Source of the DNA: an uncultured Gemmatimonadales bacterium
Lineage (GTDB): Bacteria; Gemmatimonadota; Gemmatimonadetes; Gemmatimonadales; Gemmatimonadaceae
Length of the DNA: 64,000 nt
Assembly: GCA_963850905.1 (NCBI GenBank)
Contig: CAWKMU010000004.1
Span: 480,001 to 544,000, forward strand
Reading direction: 5' to 3'
The notes beneath the pieces were generated by a model. The model had not been told where the DNA came from, searched no databases, and was given only the letters and a program-made list of their open reading frames with translations. Shown here piece by piece: positions 58,665-64,000 of this stretch. Position numbers and translations under genes: made by a program. Every line of letters starts with the position of its first letter. The first letter of the stretch is position 1.

Positions 58665-59652
58665 AGTCCGGGGTGCGTGTCCAGGATTTGTCCGGGTTGA
58701 ACCGCTCCATTTTCTTGAATTCGTCGAGCGTTGCTGGCCCGAGATCTTTCTGGTAGACGACGCCGTCGTGGCTGACGATGAACGTCTTCACTCCAGTGAT
58801 GCGGTATTCCACCGGCGCAGCTACAAGCGCGAATCCACCGATCATCACGCCTTCTACCACGAAATCCATCTCGCCAAGCGGAGCCGCGGGTCCCTGCCCT
58901 TTGAGAATCTTGAACAGATAGCCGTGATACGGCTGTGCGCCAGCGGTGTAGCCTTGTTCGATCGCGCGCGCTATTGCCTCACCAATGGGACCGCCCCAGG
59001 TGCCGTCTGGGTTTTGCCACGCGAGACCATCTTGTTTGCCTGGAGTACTGATGACGCGCTGCGCGTATTGGTGCACGGCATACCCTTCGCGCTTCGCGAG
59101 GGCGTAATCCTGCTGCGCTACCACGTAGCCACGGCAGATGTGAATGGCATCCAGCTCGTTGTAGCCTATGCGGCGGTAGAGCAGTTCCTGGCGGCCGGCG
59201 TTGGCATCGAACGACCACGTGTCGCCGCTTTTCACAATCGGCACGGGGAACGGCCAGTTCTCGTTGCCTACGATGAGGACCGCGCGGTTCCCGGTATTCG
59301 GATCCAGGGAAATGCTCTGCTTTTCGTGAGCCTCGGCTGCGAAAGCAGTGGCGCGCTCGCGGTCTTGCGGATACTCGCCGGTGAGAACGAGGTCGTCGCC
59401 ATCAGGGCCGAAAATGTCTTCGAGCGCGAGCTCGTCGAACTTCCCGGCTGCAGCGACGAGCGCATTGGCAGCTTCTTGGGGCGTAGTAAAGCTCTTGCCG
59501 CCAGCGCCGGAGTCTGCGGGAGCAGACGGCGCCGCGTTCGCCGTCGATTGCGCGTGGCCGAAGAGGACCGCTACGAGCAGACACGCGCACGTCGCCGCAC
59601 CCGCGGTCCGCAGAAGTCGGGAGCGTCTATCGCTCGCAGAAGTTGGTTGCAT
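58663..59652 (-). CDS. DUF2950 family protein
   Basis: F.TP.EAA.AL, WPFPVPIV, RRIGYNEL, STPGKQDGL.W, PYHGY.FKIL..QG, GVKTFIVSHDG.VYQKDLG. Confidence 0.93.
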   Translation of the reverse strand: MQPTSASDRRSRLLRTAGAATCACLLVAVLFGHAQSTANAAPSAPADSGAGGKSFTTPQEAANALVAAAGKFDELALEDIFGPDGDDLVLTGEYPQDRERATAFAAEAHEKQSISLDPNTGNRAVLIVGNENWPFPVPIVKSGDTWSFDANAGRQELLYRRIGYNELDAIHICRGYVVAQQDYALAKREGYAVHQYAQRVISTPGKQDGLAWQNPDGTWGGPIGEAIARAIEQGYTAGAQPYHGYLFKILKGQGPAAPLGEMDFVVEGVMIGGFALVAAPVEYRITGVKTFIVSHDGVVYQKDLGPATLDEFKKMERFNPDKSWTRTPD

Positions 59653-59694
59653 TCGTGCGCTCCTCAGATCTGCTCTCGCCGGTCACGCGCCTGA

Positions 59695-60972
59695 TCAACG
59701 TCGTCCGCGACCACCGCCACCACCCCTGCCGCCACCGCCGCCTCTGGATCCCATGCTCGACGCACCTCGGCTGCCAGCGGAGCGAGCACTCGATCCGTTG
59801 AATCCCCCGGAGCCGCCTCCGAAGGCGTCCCGGCTTCCGCCACCGGCGCCCGACAGATCCCGGCCTCCGATGCTATTGGCGCCGGTCGAGCCCGTGCGGG
59901 TGCCTGTGCCGCCTCCCTGGGCGGCCCGACTGCTGACATCGCCGCCCTGGGTTTGTTGCCGCGCCCCAGCCTGGGCCTGGCGATTGCCCCCGGCGCCCCC
60001 AGCCCCCCCAGCCTGGCGATTGCCCACCGACTCTCCGCGTGTTCCCCCGCCAAACCGATCTGCGGTTGCGCGGTCCCCGTACGGCGCGCCGCCGCGGTGC
60101 TGCGCATTATGCTGCCAGTTCGAGGTTCGATTTGCGTTGACGTTGCGGTTGACGTTCGTGTTCCGATTGAAACTGTTGTAATTGTTGACTTGAACGTTGC
60201 CCCCACCCCAGCCGGGTCCATAGCCCCAACCACCGCCCCACATCGCCCCCATCGCCATGCCAAAACCAAAAGAGATCGCCATCCCTGCGGCGTAGTAGCC
60301 GGGGGGTGGATAGTAAATCGGTGGGTAGGCGTAGACCGGCGGCCCGTACACCGTTACAGGATTGTATGAAGGCACATACACGACTTCGGGGTTGGCTTGT
60401 TCGACCACAATCACGGTCTTGTCTTCGACAACCTTGGTTTCGACCTTCTGTTGCTCGGTCGAGGTCAAGGTGCCTTTCTCCTTGGCCTTCGCGCGCATGC
60501 GCTGCACCGCATCCATCACGGCGCTTTCCTGAGCGAGGAACGCATTGCCGAGATCGGTGGTCCACTGGATGTCGTCCGCGAGGCGCTTCACCACATCGGG
60601 CAAACCCGCCATCGATTGCACGCTCGGGTCCCACGGCTGCTTGGCCACGGCATCCGCCAGCTCTTTGTCTTTCAGGTTCGGGTTCTTGGCAAGCCACTGT
60701 TGGAGCTGGATGAGCTCGAGAGGATAGGTTGACGCCACCAAGGTCTGAGCCAGCAAAGGATCTGGATAGAGCGCAATGGGGGCCACGAGTGCGTCGAGCT
60801 GATCGGGAGGTAGCGGCTCCGACTTTTGCTCTTGCTGAGACGCGCTCGCCGTCTCCTGGGACTGAGCGGATGCGGCCAACTCACCGCCCACGAGCACGGC
60901 CGCACCCAAAGCGCCCATGCAGCGTCGTGTGATTGTCGCGAGCAGTCTCGATCGAGCGTTTTTGTTCGTCAT
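59695..60972 (-). CDS. DUF3300 family protein with a Gly/Arg-rich tail
   Basis: LDALVAPIALYPDPLLAQ.L.ASTYP, WDPSV, WTTDLGNAFL, VVYVPSYNP; alternative GTG start at 60990. Confidence 0.93.
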   Translation of the reverse strand: MTNKNARSRLLATITRRCMGALGAAVLVGGELAASAQSQETASASQQEQKSEPLPPDQLDALVAPIALYPDPLLAQTLVASTYPLELIQLQQWLAKNPNLKDKELADAVAKQPWDPSVQSMAGLPDVVKRLADDIQWTTDLGNAFLAQESAVMDAVQRMRAKAKEKGTLTSTEQQKVETKVVEDKTVIVVEQANPEVVYVPSYNPVTVYGPPVYAYPPIYYPPPGYYAAGMAISFGFGMAMGAMWGGGWGYGPGWGGGNVQVNNYNSFNRNTNVNRNVNANRTSNWQHNAQHRGGAPYGDRATADRFGGGTRGESVGNRQAGGAGGAGGNRQAQAGARQQTQGGDVSSRAAQGGGTGTRTGSTGANSIGGRDLSGAGGGSRDAFGGGSGGFNGSSARSAGSRGASSMGSRGGGGGRGGGGGRGRR

Positions 60973-61275
60973 GCCTGCTGCCCCGATCACCGATCAGCGT
61001 CCCCTCGTGCTGTCCAGTCGCGGAACGCGGCCGACCGGATAATCTCCCCTAACCATTTGTACAAGGAGGGAAGCCACAAAACACAGTGTGCTTTAGGTGG
61101 ATAGCGTCCTGTTGAAGTCGCTGAGGGCAGCCAAATGCTCGCCCAGTCACAACGTCAACTCGAGCACGATTCGGCGCCGCGACTAAGCCTCGTTGCTCGG
61201 TTCCCTTCTCTTTGGCAGGAGCACGTAGGACACGGACCAACGTGCGGCGAGTTGGTTTGCACTAAGGTCGCATGG

Positions 61276-61360
61276 TGAACGAAGGATGGCCGGCGTTACC
61301 GTCAGACAACCGGTGCCATACACCGGTAGGGGCGACGCCTGCGTCGCCCGCCGTTTGCCT
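61276..61360 (+). repeat. Extended REP-containing element, copy B (intact REP at 61326-61349)
   Basis: GTAGGGGCGACGCCTGCGTCGCCC inside flanks shared with 56873-56953. Confidence 0.75.
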
Positions 61361-61364
61361 ATCC

Positions 61365-62540
61365 ATGACCGAGCCCAATCCTCTCGAGAGCGATTTCTCG
61401 CTGGTACTCGGTGGGCCCATCTTCCAGATCTATCGGAAGGCACACCTCTCGGGAACCGCGTTGGAGCTTTTGCAGCGTCGAATGGCGGTCATCACGCTGA
61501 TCGCCTGGCTCCCGTTGCTGGGTCTCACGCTTGCGCGATATGCAGGTGGCGGCATCAGTCCACTCTCCTTTTTTCGTGACGTGGAGGCGCACGTTCGCTT
61601 CCTCATCGCGCTACCGGTCCTCATCGCCGCCGAGGTAATTGTTCACCGGCGACTGCGTCTGGTCGTACGCAATTTCGTCGTCCGAGAGATCGTACGTCCC
61701 GAGGACGTGCCCGCCTACGATCGCGCACTCGCATCAGCCATTCGACTGCGGAATTCTGTTCCCCTAGAAGTCGGGTTGATGATCGCCGTGTACACCTTTG
61801 GTTTGGTGCTCTGGAGTTATCGCGCCCCGCCGGGTTATCCAACCTGGTATAGCGTGAGTGGCGACCGTTGGCGGCTGACGCCAGCCGGCTTCTGGTACGT
61901 CTTCGTCAGCATCCCGCTCTTCCAGATCATTCTGCTGCGTTGGTACCTCAGGCTGCTCATCTGGTTTCGTTTCCTGTGGTACGTCTCCAGGTTGAACCTG
62001 CATGTCGTTCCCACTCACCCCGATCGCTGCGGTGGGCTCGGCTTCCTGGGCAGAGCCGCGTATACGTTCGGGCCGATCCTGTTCGCGGAAGGAGCGTTGC
62101 TCTCGGGTCTGATCGCCACCAGCGTTCTGTACGGAGGAGAAACCTTGATGTCCTACAAGGTCGAGGCCGTGGGCTTCGTTGCGCTCTTTCTCTTCTTCCT
62201 GCTTGGGCCACTCTTGATGTTCACCCCGGCGTTGCTTCGCAACAAAAGAAAGGGATTGGCGGATTATGGCCTGTTCGGTGAACGATACGTCCAGGGGTTC
62301 GAGCAGAAGTGGATCTTGCAGGCGGCCCCGACCGGCCCACTCCTGGGAAGTCCCGACATCCAGTCGCTCGCCGATCTCGGCAACAGCTACGGTCTCGTGC
62401 GCCAGATGCGCGTGTTTCCATTCGGAGCCCAGGACATCGTCAATCTCGCGTGGGTCACCGCCTTACCGCTCCTGCCGCTCCTGCTCACAGTCTTCTCAGT
62501 GGATGAGCTCATCAAGCGGGTATTCAAGGTCTTGTTCTGA
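61365..62540 (+). CDS. Conserved hypothetical integral membrane protein
   Basis: Several TM helices; FSLVLGGP, HPDRCGGLGFL, PDIQSLADL.NSY. Confidence 0.82.
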   Translation: MTEPNPLESDFSLVLGGPIFQIYRKAHLSGTALELLQRRMAVITLIAWLPLLGLTLARYAGGGISPLSFFRDVEAHVRFLIALPVLIAAEVIVHRRLRLVVRNFVVREIVRPEDVPAYDRALASAIRLRNSVPLEVGLMIAVYTFGLVLWSYRAPPGYPTWYSVSGDRWRLTPAGFWYVFVSIPLFQIILLRWYLRLLIWFRFLWYVSRLNLHVVPTHPDRCGGLGFLGRAAYTFGPILFAEGALLSGLIATSVLYGGETLMSYKVEAVGFVALFLFFLLGPLLMFTPALLRNKRKGLADYGLFGERYVQGFEQKWILQAAPTGPLLGSPDIQSLADLGNSYGLVRQMRVFPFGAQDIVNLAWVTALPLLPLLLTVFSVDELIKRVFKVLF

Positions 62541-62559
62541 CTCGGTCCCGACATTTGTC

Positions 62560-62717
62560 CGGCGTCTAGCGTCCAACGTCTGGCGTCGTGGGTGACAGTA
62601 ACAACAACGGCCGGACACGGCCGGCCTGAAGGTGTGCACAGACTCACCCCCGGCGGGTAGGGGCGACGCATGCGTCGCCCTCTAGCGTCTAGCGTCCAGC
62701 GTCCAGCGTCCAGCGTC
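62560..62717 (+). repeat. Heptamer tract (x4), then GTAG REP (62657-62680), then heptamer tract (x5)
   Basis: Read directly; the REP is followed by tc tagcgtc tagcgtc cagcgtc x3. Confidence 0.9.
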
Positions 62718-62974
62718 TCAGCCCTTGGTCCTACGGACCAAAGGCCACCTCGTGATTGCGCCAACGAGCCGCGTGTGCAACCCCACGGCTGCGTACATGA
62801 CTCAGGCAGACCTTGGTCATGATTGCCGTAGAGGCGCGCGCGCTTTTGACTGATACCCATATCTGATCGTGCGTCGGCAAGGGGCGGAGCGCAGGTCGGC
62901 GCCACGTCCCACATGACCGGCGCCACCGCGACCGCGCGTCCGTCCACGGCGCATGCACAGCAACCCTCGCAGGC

Positions 62975-64000
62975 ATGTCTCAACGCCAAGCGGTCGTCGT
63001 CGTTGTCCTCCTTGCGAGCGTGCTCACCGCCTCGGCCTATGGCCAGACGACGGCCGGTGCGGCGGCCGACACCGCGACCGCCACGCAGAGATCCCAGCAG
63101 CCGCCAATAGCGTGCGAATCGCAACTGGGTCAGCGCACCCATTGCCCGGCAAACACATCGAAGGGCGTGGTGCTCGCGGGCTCGACGGGCGCGGCGCCGT
63201 GTTTGCTGGGCAAGACGTGGGGCTACGACGACACCGGCATCTGGGTGGCCGACGGATGCAGTGGTAAGTTCGAAACGGGCGAGGTCAAGCAAGCGGCAAC
63301 AACGAAGAAAGAGACCCCCCGCTACGTCCCCAACCTCGGATTCCTGCTCTTCGACGGTGACAAAGGCCAGATCTACTTCCGACTCTTCACGTACGCGCGC
63401 TATCTCAATCAACTCGGCCTCGATCCCATATACGTCGACCATTTCGGCGTCAGCCACTCCGTGCAGCTGCGCCAGGATATCCAACTGACGAAATTCTTCG
63501 CCCCATTCGCGGGTTGGTTCCTGACGCCGCAGTTCCGGTACTACCTCTATGTCTGGTCGGCCAACACCTCACAGGGCCTGCCGGCGCAGGTCGTCGGCGG
63601 CGGCAATTTCAGCTGGACGTTCAACAGGTTCCTGACGCTTGGCGCCGGGATCTATGCTCTGCCGTCAGTGCGAAGTACTGAGGGCCAGTTCCCCTACTGG
63701 CTGGGCGTCGACGACCGCCTCACCGCGGACGAGTTTTTTCGCGGCTCGTACACGCAAGGCATATTCATCAAGGGCGAGCTGACCTCGAAGCTCAAGTACT
63801 CCGCGATGCTCGCAAACAACTTGAGCACCCTTGGCGTGAGCGCGGCACAACTCGACAACAAACTTGGCACGCAGAGCGCCTCACTCGTGTGGCTGCCCTC
63901 AACCGGGGAATTTGGCCTGTACGGGACGTTCGGCGACTACGACGACCACCAGCAGGTCGCCACGCGGCTCGGCGCGCATTATACGCATAGCCTCGAAGAC
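62975..64000 (+). CDS. Secreted DUF3011-domain protein with a probable beta-barrel C-terminus (runs off the window; absent from the ORF track)
   Basis: Open from ATG 62975: MSQRQAVVVVVLLASVL.., CES..GQRTHC, CLLGKTWGYDDTGIWVADGCSGKF, then YFRLFTYARYLNQ. Confidence 0.85.
   Translation, partial: MSQRQAVVVVVLLASVLTASAYGQTTAGAAADTATATQRSQQPPIACESQLGQRTHCPANTSKGVVLAGSTGAAPCLLGKTWGYDDTGIWVADGCSGKFETGEVKQAATTKKETPRYVPNLGFLLFDGDKGQIYFRLFTYARYLNQLGLDPIYVDHFGVSHSVQLRQDIQLTKFFAPFAGWFLTPQFRYYLYVWSANTSQGLPAQVVGGGNFSWTFNRFLTLGAGIYALPSVRSTEGQFPYWLGVDDRLTADEFFRGSYTQGIFIKGELTSKLKYSAMLANNLSTLGVSAAQLDNKLGTQSASLVWLPSTGEFGLYGTFGDYDDHQQVATRLGAHYTHSLED

Noticed and set aside
62387..63484. 365-aa minus-strand ORF and other ORFs containing RRWTLDA or MRRPY
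   Set aside because: These peptides are translations of the heptamer and REP repeats, and this ORF is antisense to the real DUF3011 gene.
1..64000. Transposase/RAYT, integrase, prophage, tRNA, rRNA or known anti-phage defence genes
   Set aside because: I recognised none by motif. Small RNAs or very divergent genes could have been missed without covariance or profile searches.

Overview
GC-rich, gene-dense bacterial chromosomal window with about 55 CDS. Many encode secreted hydrolases or DUF proteins. The intergenic repeat style suggests a Gemmatimonadota/Acidobacteriota-like soil bacterium, which is inference only. I saw no rRNA, tRNA, CRISPR array, transposase or integrase. Recognisable content includes a Co-type nitrile hydratase operon, two CocE/NonD hydrolases, M1/M23/CAAX peptidases, a PQQ dehydrogenase, ppgK, mug, a DEAD-box helicase, a DyP-peroxidase triplet, NDH-2 and a DUF2950/DUF3300 pair. 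There are three strong candidates for undescribed biology. (1) A divergent tRNA-dependent cyclodipeptide-synthase-like gene (4619-5371) is translationally coupled to an atypical ATP-grasp gene. (2) A two-gene module (12818-14518) encodes a protein built from 58-aa repeats of an Arg-rich helix and a Glu/Gly tract resembling tubulin tails, next to a second member of the same ATP-grasp family. (3) Several intergenic repeat families (GTAG-REPs, heptamer tracts, a covarying 12-bp hairpin element) all point the same way. Seven single-base frameshifts in otherwise intact genes are probably sequencing or assembly errors. All family assignments come from motif recognition by eye; no database searches were run.
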